A stretch of 64,000 nt of DNA from a virus (IMGVR_UViG_3300021431_000002); one strand, 5' to 3'. Counted from the stretch's first letter, positions 27,218-37,644 are shown. The notes: generated by a model from the letters alone, not told the origin. Made by a program: numbers and translations.

Positions 27218-30200
27218 TTACTGCTGATAAGATAAATCATCATAACTACCCATAACATTATCATGACCTCTAGCGTCGAAATTGACTTGTTTAATGTTTG
27301 GTGTAAATTTATCCAATGCCCTTATGTATAGAACACTTTTTGGCTTCATGTTAATGTTATCCCATTGTATGCAAATACAATAATTATATCCGATTAATTG
27401 TGACAATATTTTATCATAATAACATTTATACAATTTTCCGTTTTCTCTTGACTGCATTAATTTACCATAATTAGAAAGGAAATCTTTTAATGCTTTTCTT
27501 TCCGCATCCCAACGCTTTTTATACGGATTATGCTCACTGTTGCCATCACCAACCCATTCTTCGTTTATAAAATTCTCTTTAAGTAATGTAAGATATTTTT
27601 TTATAGATTCATTTCTATAGATTGGGTATGGTATTGCTTTGCTTTTTCCTAATTCTTTATTATAAACCCATTGTTTTGGTATGTATCCATTTTTACCAGT
27701 CATTATCTGTTTCCTATATTGCGGTAGATTTTCTGTTGCCCAAAGAGCAATCTCGCTAGGTCTACCACATCTTACAAGAACTTGACCATTTTGTCCATAA
27801 ACAACCCAATCGCCATTATCTTGATGAATTGGAATAAAGCTTTTTACATTAGGTCCCCAGAATATTACTTGATTCTGATTGTCACCATAATGGTATATTT
27901 CTACACCGCTTGTCCTAAAAATAACTGCTTCATCACCATATCCGTTATAATCTACATTTCTATCATCAATTAAAAATGCAAAATCATAGCCAGCACTTGA
28001 TTTTTGTACTCCAGCATTTGTATAAGCAAGATGTTCAATTTCTGGTGTTCCTCCAGTAAATCCTTCTTTTGCAATTGATTCTGAATCAGAACCAAAATGG
28101 ATACACCATTCATTTTTTACTATTCTATTAAAATTCATAGTACACCACGAAGGTAATTCATAATAATTCACAATATCTTGCATTATGCTTATAAAATGGT
28201 CACATAGTTTGTTTTCTTCAAGCATATTTAAAAACATTTCAACCAATGATTCATCTTCATAATAAAACTCACCATCATTTAACAAATTTTCAAATTCCGA
28301 ATACCTAAAATAAATTTTTTTAATATATTCGTCTATATAACAAGAACAAGAATATGCTAAATCTCTTGCTTTTTCGCAAGAAGATGCCGTAGATGCCCAT
28401 TTGAAATATTTGTACAATGGCAAATTGTAATCTTTCTCTAAATATTCTTTTATAATTTCTTTATCATTGAATTTAGACTCTTCTATCGCATATATTGAAT
28501 CATCTGTAACTTTTTTTATTTTGAAAACTGCTCCTCCGTAATAAAACCCTTTACCAACTTTTGGTTTACGTTTCCAATTCATATCAGAAAATGTATCATC
28601 TTTTTTACCGTCAATATATACAGTATATTTTTTCTTTTTGCTTTTGGATTCCGTGATTGAATTTGACTTATCATATACCTTTGATTCTGTAACGTTTCCT
28701 ACTAGGTTAATTGTTTCACCATCAAAATATCTTATAATGTCATTCACTACCCTTCTTGAATTGGCTTCATCCCATTCAGCATATTCATATGAATTATCGC
28801 CATCACCAATTTCTACAGTTACATTACCCTTGCTATATTGTATTAACCTTAACATTGGGTTAACTTGCTCCCTAGTAGGCTTCTTAAATAGATTTATAGA
28901 ACTCCAAGTGTTTGAACAATGGATTCTTATTGCGCCCATTCTAATGAAGTCTGCCATATTGATGTTTAAACCGCTTTTAGTGGTCATATCGGCATCCCAA
29001 TTAAGGTCTCCAATGTCTCTGTGGTCAACACCCCTTCTACCTCTAAGGTGAGAGGTATCAGTATTTCCAGTTACCATGTGTCTTCCACTAAAATCAAGCA
29101 TGCTACCATCTGGAAGTATATAACCACATTCTCTTATATCATTGGTGACACCGAATCTCTCTTTAGCCAACGCAAACACATCAACATTGTTATTACTCTC
29201 TACTGATTCAACTATTGAGTTATTTCTGTCATATACGACTGAGAATAATCTGAATAACTTATCAAGATATTGTGTCCTACGTAGAATCTTATAGACGATA
29301 TTTCCAGCTCCACTCTCACCATTGCTCTCAAGACTTGCCTTGCGCATCGCCTTAACCTTCTTCCAAAGGTACTGAGCATCATCACCGATTGTCTCAATCT
29401 TATGTGAATCGTCTGTAGCATTAAGAGCATTATACATATCGTCAATAATGGTCATAATTTTGGCTGCTTTGTCTTTTATGGAAAATTTATTAAGACCAAT
29501 TGATTTAATGTCATCTGGATTTGGTTCTTTTATCCAATCATTTTCCTCAAGGTCGTAAATACCATTTGATTCTGGCATTTCTCCTAAATTCTGAACATAT
29601 AATTCCACTTGGTATCCCATTATTTGCAAGCCACTGTGCTCACTATTCCATTCATTTTTCTTTGCATCTAAATAATCACGGACAAACTCTGTCTTCTCAT
29701 CAATCTCATCAAAATCTACGATAAGATGTAGGTCAATGTCAGAATACTGAGACCAATTGAAATTACAGATTGAACCAGTTAATATTATGCCGCTAGGCTC
29801 AACCCAAGTCAAGTTTACATATTTCCAAAAATCGTCTGCAATGTCTAATAGCTTAAGCCTAATTCTTGAATCTAGTTTACCATCTGGTTTCCATATATTT
29901 GGAACTAATTCATGTTTTTTCTTGAATGAAGACAAATCTATTTCAGAACTATCTACCTCAAAATCAAAATTTTCAACTATATGTTTCTCATTATTATTTG
30001 CTTCATACTGCACGTTTCCCATTGGTTTTATTCCATCCTCATAATATCTCATTATATCCGCAACAACAGCTTGGGGTTTAGCATCGGAATATGAAACTGA
30101 ATGCAAGGTATTTCCTTTGTCATCGGTAAAATCTATGTCAACGTCAACAGCCTTTCTGACAAAATCCTTTATTGCGTAGAATTGTTCATTTGTAGGCTCT

Positions 30201-33082
30201 TTCGTCATATCAAGTATTCCGCTATTGACATCACATCTAATTGCTCCATGATTCATAAAATCAACAACGTAGTTATAGCGATACTCGTCATTCCATATTT
30301 TTATCCCATTCTGTTTATAAACAGCTGCTATTTGCCTATGGTCTGTTTCTCTATAGCCATCACTTCCCAAATTCAACAATTTACCATCTGGAAGAATATA
30401 TCCAGCTTGGCTTAATCTGCTAGTTAAGCCAAACTCTTCGATAGCCAAAGAAATAATATCATAATTTTCTTTTGGTTGTTCTAAACCTTTTTCTCTTTCT
30501 TCTTTGTTATCTTCGTCAGTCCAAAGTTTAGTAATTTTATGGAGTTTATCATTTAATGCTGTATATATCTTAATATCTTTTGGGTCTACACTTATTTCTG
30601 GGTGTGTCTTTTCCATCCAAGAGCTTCTATACCAGCCATCAAGTCCATATTTTTCTTTTCCTTGTTTCAAAAAATATTGTAGGTCGTAATTTGCCTTATT
30701 AAACAAATCGTCATATTTATTTTCTATTATTTGCGTTTTATTTTTTTTGCTTTCGTAGAAACGATTTCCTTGAGGTTTTATCCCCTCATCAAAATATGCT
30801 AATATATCGTTTATAATTCTATTAGGGTTTGCATTTTTGTATTCTGCGCCACATATCATCTCTGCATAAAATCTCCCCTCTTTATATGAGGCAATGTCCA
30901 AAAATAGGCTTCCATTAAATTCTATGATATGTTTTTTCAATGGTTTTATTTGCTCTTTCGTCGGTTTTTTAATTAATTCTATTCCTCCAAGGTTGCCAAT
31001 TCTTATATTCCCTAAATTCAAGAATTTACCAACAGTCATGCCGTTTATTTTAGATATTTCATTATGGTCTCTAAAAGTTATAACCTCACCATTTGTTAAA
31101 ATATATGAACTATTCCCTTTGGTTTGTATTTTTTTGGCAATTGCATTAATATCCATAACTGCGCCAATTTCAGATGAATCGAAACTAACAGATTCATTGA
31201 TGCTTAAACCATCTAATAGATTTTTATTTCTTGACTCATAATATTCATTTCCTTGTGGCTTTATGCCTTCTGAATAAAACCTGTCAATTTCTCCCATAAC
31301 ATATCTCCAATCTGGGTGCATATATTTTGCTCCAATGCTACTTTTTCCTTGGTATATATCCAAATATAATTCCTCATCTGCATAAGAAGCAATTACTCTT
31401 CTTAGCACGTCTCTTTGTTCGCTTGTTGGTTTGTCACCAATATCAATTGACTTGGGCAATACCCTAATATTACCCATTCTTATAAAATCAAATTTATTGT
31501 TTATGTTTGGTATCCTACATATTTCATTATGTTCTGTTTCCGTGTATACCACAACACCATTTGTCAAGATAAAGCCTCTACAATCCTTGAAGTAGTCGCC
31601 ATGCCTTAGTAGTTTCATAGCCATATTGTTGATGCTATCTTTGTTACTCACATCCACGTCATCGCCAGAATATAAATTAACAGTTTCAAATGTACCACTG
31701 CCATCATTCATGCAAGTTTTTAAAATCTCGTTTTGCATTTTACTACCAAACATATCTTCTAATTCATTATAATCCACGTAGTCACTACCGCATGTATGAT
31801 AGGTCTCATTATCGAGATATTCTAGTTCAAACGTAACATTATCATTAATATATTCCATCAATGATTCTTGCGTGTTCTCATATTCAGCCTCTTGTAGCCA
31901 TTCTTGATATTCATCTTCGTCAAAATCCCAAGAATAATTGACCGCACCAATTTCAGACGAATCGAAACTAGCAGATTCATTGATATGATAACCGTTACCA
32001 CCTACTGGTGGATTATCACTCTCAGCACCAATTTCATATTCATCCACTTCTGGTGCTGCCTCATTCATATTAAGCAGTTTCATGTCATCCTTATCAAAAC
32101 CAACATATGTGTCATTGATATATTTCACAAAATCAGTTGGTGTCATCTCTGTATCACCATTATATGATACTAAATAGACGCTTGTTATAGCGTTTGGCAT
32201 TATGATGCCTCTATAGCCAACTTTCATATATTTCCTAGGGTCAGTGGGCTTAGTAATGGTTTGAGATATTCTATCATATGTCAAACCCAATTCACCCATT
32301 CTGTCATTGTAAACAGAGTCATTTCTATCAATTGCATGGGCGTTGTAAACATCATAATCATATACTATTTTATTGCTATCTATTTTGCTACCATCTATTT
32401 TTAGTACACATGGCTTATTAGCCCAAGAACCATAGCTTCTTCGACTCTTATGCTCGGCATACCATTTAGCTTGTCTAAAATTACTAGACATGAACACGGT
32501 TTTATCATGTTTTATCTTATACAAACTTTTTTCTGGTTTCGCCCTTAACCCATTGCCCAATATATCTAATGCATATTCAAATGTTGTTCCATGATACCAC
32601 ACTGTAGGAATTTTTTTACCTTTATTATGTAATATGTCATTCCTATCCAACTCTTTGCCATCAAAATAGAATTTACTATTTGGCATGTCCTTAACAAATT
32701 GAAACAACTCATTTGAATTTAACACATCATAATTTTCGTTCTTGTTGATGTACACTTCATTTCCACGAGAAACGTACCCAGTAATAAGATATGGTATAGA
32801 AGAGCCTAGGAAATCAACAAAACCATCAAAATTCATCCCAGCCTTATATTTGCTATTCTCATATGAATAGACAAAATCGCCTAGTTCATCTTGATGTCTA
32901 TGAAAAAAATCATCTAGCAAATTCTTATTTTTATCATCAAAAAACAATAAATCACCACGATAAAGAATAAACCAGACATAATCATGGTCGGCAACCTTTG
33001 AGTTCTTGTCAACCATAAATTCATCCAATGCTTCTTTTAATACAACTAGTTTATCTTGATTTATTATAACATTTTTACTCAT
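27218..33082 (-). CDS. ~1950-aa modular polyprotein (two ART-like domains, Pol-beta nucleotidyltransferase, four copies of an uncharacterised domain)
   Basis: WYHGTT...GL...VFMS ART-like; LTGSICNFNWSQYSDIDLH NTase; four G(Y/F)IL(T/P)(N/D)G...H...G.IR...PT.EQ repeats; GDNQNQVIFWG. Start moved to MSKNVII. Confidence 0.75.
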   Translation of the reverse strand: MSKNVIINQDKLVVLKEALDEFMVDKNSKVADHDYVWFILYRGDLLFFDDKNKNLLDDFFHRHQDELGDFVYSYENSKYKAGMNFDGFVDFLGSSIPYLITGYVSRGNEVYINKNENYDVLNSNELFQFVKDMPNSKFYFDGKELDRNDILHNKGKKIPTVWYHGTTFEYALDILGNGLRAKPEKSLYKIKHDKTVFMSSNFRQAKWYAEHKSRRSYGSWANKPCVLKIDGSKIDSNKIVYDYDVYNAHAIDRNDSVYNDRMGELGLTYDRISQTITKPTDPRKYMKVGYRGIIMPNAITSVYLVSYNGDTEMTPTDFVKYINDTYVGFDKDDMKLLNMNEAAPEVDEYEIGAESDNPPVGGNGYHINESASFDSSEIGAVNYSWDFDEDEYQEWLQEAEYENTQESLMEYINDNVTFELEYLDNETYHTCGSDYVDYNELEDMFGSKMQNEILKTCMNDGSGTFETVNLYSGDDVDVSNKDSINNMAMKLLRHGDYFKDCRGFILTNGVVVYTETEHNEICRIPNINNKFDFIRMGNIRVLPKSIDIGDKPTSEQRDVLRRVIASYADEELYLDIYQGKSSIGAKYMHPDWRYVMGEIDRFYSEGIKPQGNEYYESRNKNLLDGLSINESVSFDSSEIGAVMDINAIAKKIQTKGNSSYILTNGEVITFRDHNEISKINGMTVGKFLNLGNIRIGNLGGIELIKKPTKEQIKPLKKHIIEFNGSLFLDIASYKEGRFYAEMICGAEYKNANPNRIINDILAYFDEGIKPQGNRFYESKKNKTQIIENKYDDLFNKANYDLQYFLKQGKEKYGLDGWYRSSWMEKTHPEISVDPKDIKIYTALNDKLHKITKLWTDEDNKEEREKGLEQPKENYDIISLAIEEFGLTSRLSQAGYILPDGKLLNLGSDGYRETDHRQIAAVYKQNGIKIWNDEYRYNYVVDFMNHGAIRCDVNSGILDMTKEPTNEQFYAIKDFVRKAVDVDIDFTDDKGNTLHSVSYSDAKPQAVVADIMRYYEDGIKPMGNVQYEANNNEKHIVENFDFEVDSSEIDLSSFKKKHELVPNIWKPDGKLDSRIRLKLLDIADDFWKYVNLTWVEPSGIILTGSICNFNWSQYSDIDLHLIVDFDEIDEKTEFVRDYLDAKKNEWNSEHSGLQIMGYQVELYVQNLGEMPESNGIYDLEENDWIKEPNPDDIKSIGLNKFSIKDKAAKIMTIIDDMYNALNATDDSHKIETIGDDAQYLWKKVKAMRKASLESNGESGAGNIVYKILRRTQYLDKLFRLFSVVYDRNNSIVESVESNNNVDVFALAKERFGVTNDIRECGYILPDGSMLDFSGRHMVTGNTDTSHLRGRRGVDHRDIGDLNWDADMTTKSGLNINMADFIRMGAIRIHCSNTWSSINLFKKPTREQVNPMLRLIQYSKGNVTVEIGDGDNSYEYAEWDEANSRRVVNDIIRYFDGETINLVGNVTESKVYDKSNSITESKSKKKKYTVYIDGKKDDTFSDMNWKRKPKVGKGFYYGGAVFKIKKVTDDSIYAIEESKFNDKEIIKEYLEKDYNLPLYKYFKWASTASSCEKARDLAYSCSCYIDEYIKKIYFRYSEFENLLNDGEFYYEDESLVEMFLNMLEENKLCDHFISIMQDIVNYYELPSWCTMNFNRIVKNEWCIHFGSDSESIAKEGFTGGTPEIEHLAYTNAGVQKSSAGYDFAFLIDDRNVDYNGYGDEAVIFRTSGVEIYHYGDNQNQVIFWGPNVKSFIPIHQDNGDWVVYGQNGQVLVRCGRPSEIALWATENLPQYRKQIMTGKNGYIPKQWVYNKELGKSKAIPYPIYRNESIKKYLTLLKENFINEEWVGDGNSEHNPYKKRWDAERKALKDFLSNYGKLMQSRENGKLYKCYYDKILSQLIGYNYCICIQWDNINMKPKSVLYIRALDKFTPNIKQVNFDARGHDNVMGSYDDLSYQQ

Positions 33083-33083
33083 A

Positions 33084-34280
33084 TCAATTTTCCTCTCCCC
33101 AAATTTTATTATGCCAAGATTTAGTTGAATTCTCGTATTCACTATCTAAATCATCAACATTCCAAGAATAATTTGTATATGTGTGCCAACATACTTTATA
33201 TAGTCTAGATTTATATTGCTCCAATAAATTTTTATAGAACAAAACAACTTTTTCTTCAAAACTCTGTGGATTTGATGCATATAGTTTCAATACTTGTTTA
33301 GGATTACTCCTTTTATATAGTTTATCTTCGTTTATTGCTAGTTGGAAAGGTAAACTATATACCGAAGAAACTGGTTTCAACATACAACCCCTAAGATACT
33401 CTTGACTACAAGGAAAATCTTTAGCATTGTTCGCCAATAGATTAACCATTGTTTGCATGTATTCGTATTTTATTTCGTTATGCTTGAGAATTTTCGGCAT
33501 TAATTCGTATTTAAAATAATCGATTTCGCTACCACTGTTTTTTATATAGTCAATATCTTTTCCAGAGGTTTCAAGTTTAATGAAATTAATTAATAAAGCA
33601 GATGCAGAAGCAATCCTTGAATTCATTTCACTTGTGGAAAACAAATACATGAAATCTCTAACATCACTTTCGTTATAACTATTTACGTTTTTAATCCAAT
33701 TTCTACCCATCACATCATCACTCTTATTTAACGTATGTGTAAGCTCATGGAGTACAATTGGTTGTATTTCTTTGTATATATCGTATTCGATTCCAACACA
33801 CCCTTCTAACGCTTGCTTGCTGTATTCGTATGCATCAAAATCGTCTTCATCTTCTTCATCATAGTAATTGTTTCCGTCACAAATTCGTTTCATATCGTTA
33901 TATTCTGCAACAATTTTTTCTATCAAATAAAAATTGATAGAAATGGAATCTCCATCAGTTTCACCATGATAAACTCCACCGTTCCTACTTGGTTCGTAGA
34001 ATAGTTCATAAGAATATATTTCTCCTTCATACTCTATTTCATTTTCATAGGTATTTCCGTAGTCATCATGCCAGCATTCAATCAATCTAATGTCACTGAA
34101 AATCTCATAAACGTCTTTAAAAGCAATTTGTCTTGCTATTTTGTCAGAAACAATAAACATAGTGTTATTAACCCCAGCAGATTCGCTGAGATTAATAACA
34201 TTATTTTTAAGAACCCTATTAACTGATTCTTTAATTAAAGTATTAAGTTCGTTTTCAGTTAAACGTATAATTTTTTTCAT
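33084..34280 (-). CDS. Zincin-like metallopeptidase-motif protein with leader motif
   Basis: MKKIIRLTENELNTLIKESVNRVL leader; IVLHELTH (HExxH) with downstream SEMNSR. Confidence 0.65.
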   Translation of the reverse strand: MKKIIRLTENELNTLIKESVNRVLKNNVINLSESAGVNNTMFIVSDKIARQIAFKDVYEIFSDIRLIECWHDDYGNTYENEIEYEGEIYSYELFYEPSRNGGVYHGETDGDSISINFYLIEKIVAEYNDMKRICDGNNYYDEEDEDDFDAYEYSKQALEGCVGIEYDIYKEIQPIVLHELTHTLNKSDDVMGRNWIKNVNSYNESDVRDFMYLFSTSEMNSRIASASALLINFIKLETSGKDIDYIKNSGSEIDYFKYELMPKILKHNEIKYEYMQTMVNLLANNAKDFPCSQEYLRGCMLKPVSSVYSLPFQLAINEDKLYKRSNPKQVLKLYASNPQSFEEKVVLFYKNLLEQYKSRLYKVCWHTYTNYSWNVDDLDSEYENSTKSWHNKIWGEEN

Positions 34281-34286
34281 AAAAAC

Positions 34287-34604
34287 TTATCCTTTGCCAT
34301 ATGCCCACTGGCTCTTACCATTACCGCCACATTTGCAAATCTGCTGCCTAATGTCTGTGTAATTAGCACCATTTTCAGAAACGAATTGCTGAACCTCTTT
34401 GTATTCATTATCGTTTTCAGTTGGAAGACGGTCTTCATATCCAGTGATTTTCCAATCATTGGAAGAAAATGTCTTCATTCCATTATCAGAATATCCGTCC
34501 TTATCCAAAGATTCATTATATTTCTCCACATCTGTATAAAGCATCTGATTATCCATATCATAACCATATCCCTCATACATATAATCTAAAATGTTAGTTA
34601 CCAT
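34287..34604 (-). CDS. Hypothetical late protein
   Basis: First gene after TATTTATA at 34638-34645; YNES and VSEN sites. Confidence 0.6.
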   Translation of the reverse strand: MVTNILDYMYEGYGYDMDNQMLYTDVEKYNESLDKDGYSDNGMKTFSSNDWKITGYEDRLPTENDNEYKEVQQFVSENGANYTDIRQQICKCGGNGKSQWAYGKG

Positions 34605-34660
34605 AGTTCCAAATATTTTATATTTAATTATTTATTCTATAAATATTAACCAATAAAAAA

Positions 34661-34684
34661 AAGGTATCAAACATTTGATACCTT
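34661..34684 (-). terminator. Intrinsic terminator
   Basis: AAGGTATCAAA-CA-TTTGATACCTT with an A-run on the + strand. Confidence 0.75.
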
Positions 34685-35210
34685 ATTCACAGTCTATACA
34701 AAAATCGGCTAAATTTCTCAAATCGCTGTTAAGGGCTTTTAACGATAAATCATCCCTACCCCACTTTAAACGTTTATATGGTACGTAGCATTCTTTTGGA
34801 GTATCATAGACAATTTCTTTACCTTCTATTTTTTCTAGTGCGAAATTAAGAAGTTTTTCTCGTTTAATGAAAATTATGTCAGTTAAAGTTCTAAATGCAA
34901 TGTATTCTGCCTCCCCTTTTAACCAACCATTTTTTCCTCTTACATTTTGAATTTCTAACCAATGTATTGTATCATCAAAATTCTTATCGCCTCTAGAAGA
35001 TTTATTCAATCCCTTAACGTCTATACCTATCACACCTTTTTTAGGGCTTTTCCACCAGAAATCAATATGCTTAAAAATATCTTCGTTCCTAGTTGACCTC
35101 CAACATTCACCGCCTAATGTTTTAGAAACAGCACCCATTACGAACTCTTCATCTATTTTCCCAAGTTCATAATATTTTTTAAAATCTTCATCTAATTTTT
35201 TTATAACCAT
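34683..35210 (-). CDS. PD-(D/E)XK nuclease-like protein
   Basis: GKIDEE...HIDFWW...IDVKG...WLEI pattern. Confidence 0.55.
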   Translation of the reverse strand: MVIKKLDEDFKKYYELGKIDEEFVMGAVSKTLGGECWRSTRNEDIFKHIDFWWKSPKKGVIGIDVKGLNKSSRGDKNFDDTIHWLEIQNVRGKNGWLKGEAEYIAFRTLTDIIFIKREKLLNFALEKIEGKEIVYDTPKECYVPYKRLKWGRDDLSLKALNSDLRNLADFCIDCE

Positions 35211-36364
35211 TAGTAAAAAATTTCTTTTACTTTATCCACCCATCCGTGTCTTACTGCTGAAGAGTATGCTGTAGATTCATTTTTTCTAAACTCTTTATAT
35301 GAATTATATTTTTTTGCAAGTTCTATAACCTCATCAAGAGTCCAATATGTTCTTATATATGTAAAATATTTGTTTTTTATTTTTTCAAATTCATTTTTAT
35401 GATTCCTGAAATAATATAAAACTTTTGGATATTTTTCCTTCAATTCTTTAATTGTTTTACATTCTGAAGCTAATTTTTCACACTCTTCAAAAGTCCACAT
35501 TTTTTTTGTCTCTCTTTGTGGTAGATTATCGTTCTCACCTATATATGAAAAGCCATAAATATGTTTTCTGCACCTATATGCAACAGTACTAAAGTTAATG
35601 CCTAATTTTGTCGCACAATCATCAACTGACTCATATATTACGTTATCAACTAATATTTTCTTTGAACATGCTACATTCTTTTTTCCTAAATTTATTTTTC
35701 TTAAAATTTCTTTGGTTTTTTCAGAATGATGTCTCCCATAGAAAGGGTTTTTCTCCCCAATTCTTTTACTAACATTTTCAGATATTTTTTGTCGTAATTC
35801 TTTAGATTTTTCTTCTCCAAAAACCTCTTCAAATGTTTTACCTTTTATATAACTTTCATGGGTTAAATAATAATCTTTCCAGTGTTTAGAAACTTTTTCC
35901 CTTAACTCCTTTGACCATCTATGCCCATAATTCGGGTTTTTTTCGCCTTTTATTCTCTCTGATAAAGCAATTTTTTCTTCATCAGATAGGTTGGTATATC
36001 TTTCTTTAGATATTTTGCTTTGAAGTTCTCTAAATTCTTTATTTTTAGGATGATAACTAATCAAATCTCCACCACATCCTTTTTTAGAAACATTATAAAG
36101 TTTGCCACTGTTCCAACAATAATTAATATATCTTTCTTCTAAAAGTCTTAATTTATCCTCGTTATCAACTTCTATTTCTTTATATGTTAGTTCAAAGCTT
36201 TCTTTCCCATATTTCTCATATGCTCTCTGAAGATGAAAACAATGATGTTCTCCTTTTTTTAACTGTCTAAAATGTGCTCTCTTTCTCTTAGCAATATCTA
36301 TAGTAGAACCTATATAGAACTTGCCATTTTCTTTGTTTGTAATTTTATAAATAAATCCTTTCAT
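35210..36364 (-). CDS. Free-standing GIY-YIG homing endonuclease with NUMOD3-type repeats
   Basis: GFIYKITNKENGKFYIGS...E...YN; GEKNPNYGHRWS and GEKNPFYGRHHSEKTK; adjacent to thyA. Confidence 0.88.
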   Translation of the reverse strand: MKGFIYKITNKENGKFYIGSTIDIAKRKRAHFRQLKKGEHHCFHLQRAYEKYGKESFELTYKEIEVDNEDKLRLLEERYINYCWNSGKLYNVSKKGCGGDLISYHPKNKEFRELQSKISKERYTNLSDEEKIALSERIKGEKNPNYGHRWSKELREKVSKHWKDYYLTHESYIKGKTFEEVFGEEKSKELRQKISENVSKRIGEKNPFYGRHHSEKTKEILRKINLGKKNVACSKKILVDNVIYESVDDCATKLGINFSTVAYRCRKHIYGFSYIGENDNLPQRETKKMWTFEECEKLASECKTIKELKEKYPKVLYYFRNHKNEFEKIKNKYFTYIRTYWTLDEVIELAKKYNSYKEFRKNESTAYSSAVRHGWVDKVKEIFY

Positions 36365-36399
36365 ATGAACTTCGTTTTAATATAAATAGTTAGTATAAT

Positions 36400-36431
36400 T
36401 AAAATATAACCCATATGAAAGGAATTTTCAA
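36400..36431 (-). promoter_or_regulatory. Promoter variant TTGA-N18-TTATATTTTA; late motif also at 36381-36388
   Basis: Third copy of the motif. Confidence 0.5.
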
Positions 36432-36447
36432 GTATTTTTGTTATTTT

Positions 36448-37644
36448 TTAACCAACATTTAAAGGAAATTTAATTACAGAATCTGGATAATAATCAACAA
36501 TTTCAAAATCTTCATATTTGAAATCTTCAATAGATTTTTGATTACCATGTATAATCAGCTTTGGAACAATATCAGAACCTTTCCTTGATAATTGTTCATT
36601 AATTCCACCCATGTGATTTAGATAAATGTGACAATCGCCAACACTATAAACCAATTCATCTGGAATCATATTCACCAACTTTGCAATTATGTGCGTAAGT
36701 AGGGCATATTGTGACCAATTGAATGGAGTCCCACACATATAATCATTGCTGCGCATATTAAACATACAAGAAAGCCCATATTTTGGGATGCCATTTTCTT
36801 CTAGTTTTGCCTCTAATTCAAGTTTAGACTTTATTGATGCCCAAGGATTAGTAATCAATTCATAAGTTTCAATGTCGTTTGTTTTTTCTTTATAAAGTTC
36901 CCACCTTTCATATTTGGTCAATTCCCTTGTATAGAACTGAAACATCGTATGACAAGGTGGCAATGCCATATCCTCCAATTTAGCTGGGTTATATGCCACA
37001 CAGAGCATTCTTCTATCATTTGGATTTTCTTTCAATGTTTTAATAACATTATATATCTGGTCGATAGAAGTATCACCAAAATGTCTCCATTGTGCCCCAT
37101 ATATTGGTCCTAAGTCGCCAAATCTGTATTTATTTCCAAAGTCTTGCCATATTTCGACTTTTTGCAACGTTAGGTCTAAGAATTCCTCTTTTGTTATGTT
37201 TTGGAGCCAGTTTTGGTCATTTATTTTATTTTCATTTTCAATCCAATATTCATAATTAACTCTACCCCTAACTGTATTAAATATATATGAGTCATCTTCA
37301 TCTAGGCATATCATATATTGTTTTGGTTTGATTGTGTTTGCTATATTGGTTTTAAACCAACGATATGCGTCATCGTCCCAAATATGAACTTTGTTCCGTA
37401 CAAGATATTCGATATTCATAGCTCCGTGAGAGTTATATGGTCTTTGTAAAAACCACAATAATTCGTGTATAATGCCCTTTGTAAAAACTTTTTTTGTTGT
37501 AAGCAATGGTAAACCTTTTTTTAAATTGAATCTTAATTGCCTACCAAAAACGGATTTAACACGACCAGCTCTAGTATCTTTTTCAACCCCATTGTTAAGA
37601 ATGTCTTTCAATAAGTTCAAATATTGTTTATCAGTTTCAGTCAT
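36448..37644 (-). CDS. thyA: Thymidylate synthase with two insertions
   Basis: PLLTTKKV, ELLWFL, DLGPIYGAQWR, NDRR, MALPPCH, RSND...PFN, GDCHIY. Confidence 0.95.
   Translation of the reverse strand: MTETDKQYLNLLKDILNNGVEKDTRAGRVKSVFGRQLRFNLKKGLPLLTTKKVFTKGIIHELLWFLQRPYNSHGAMNIEYLVRNKVHIWDDDAYRWFKTNIANTIKPKQYMICLDEDDSYIFNTVRGRVNYEYWIENENKINDQNWLQNITKEEFLDLTLQKVEIWQDFGNKYRFGDLGPIYGAQWRHFGDTSIDQIYNVIKTLKENPNDRRMLCVAYNPAKLEDMALPPCHTMFQFYTRELTKYERWELYKEKTNDIETYELITNPWASIKSKLELEAKLEENGIPKYGLSCMFNMRSNDYMCGTPFNWSQYALLTHIIAKLVNMIPDELVYSVGDCHIYLNHMGGINEQLSRKGSDIVPKLIIHGNQKSIEDFKYEDFEIVDYYPDSVIKFPLNVG

Noticed and set aside
36448-37644. Intein or intron in thymidylate synthase, given its length and the adjacent GIY-YIG gene
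   Set aside because: The frame is continuous, the insertions are short and lack intein terminal motifs, and the endonuclease lies outside the gene.
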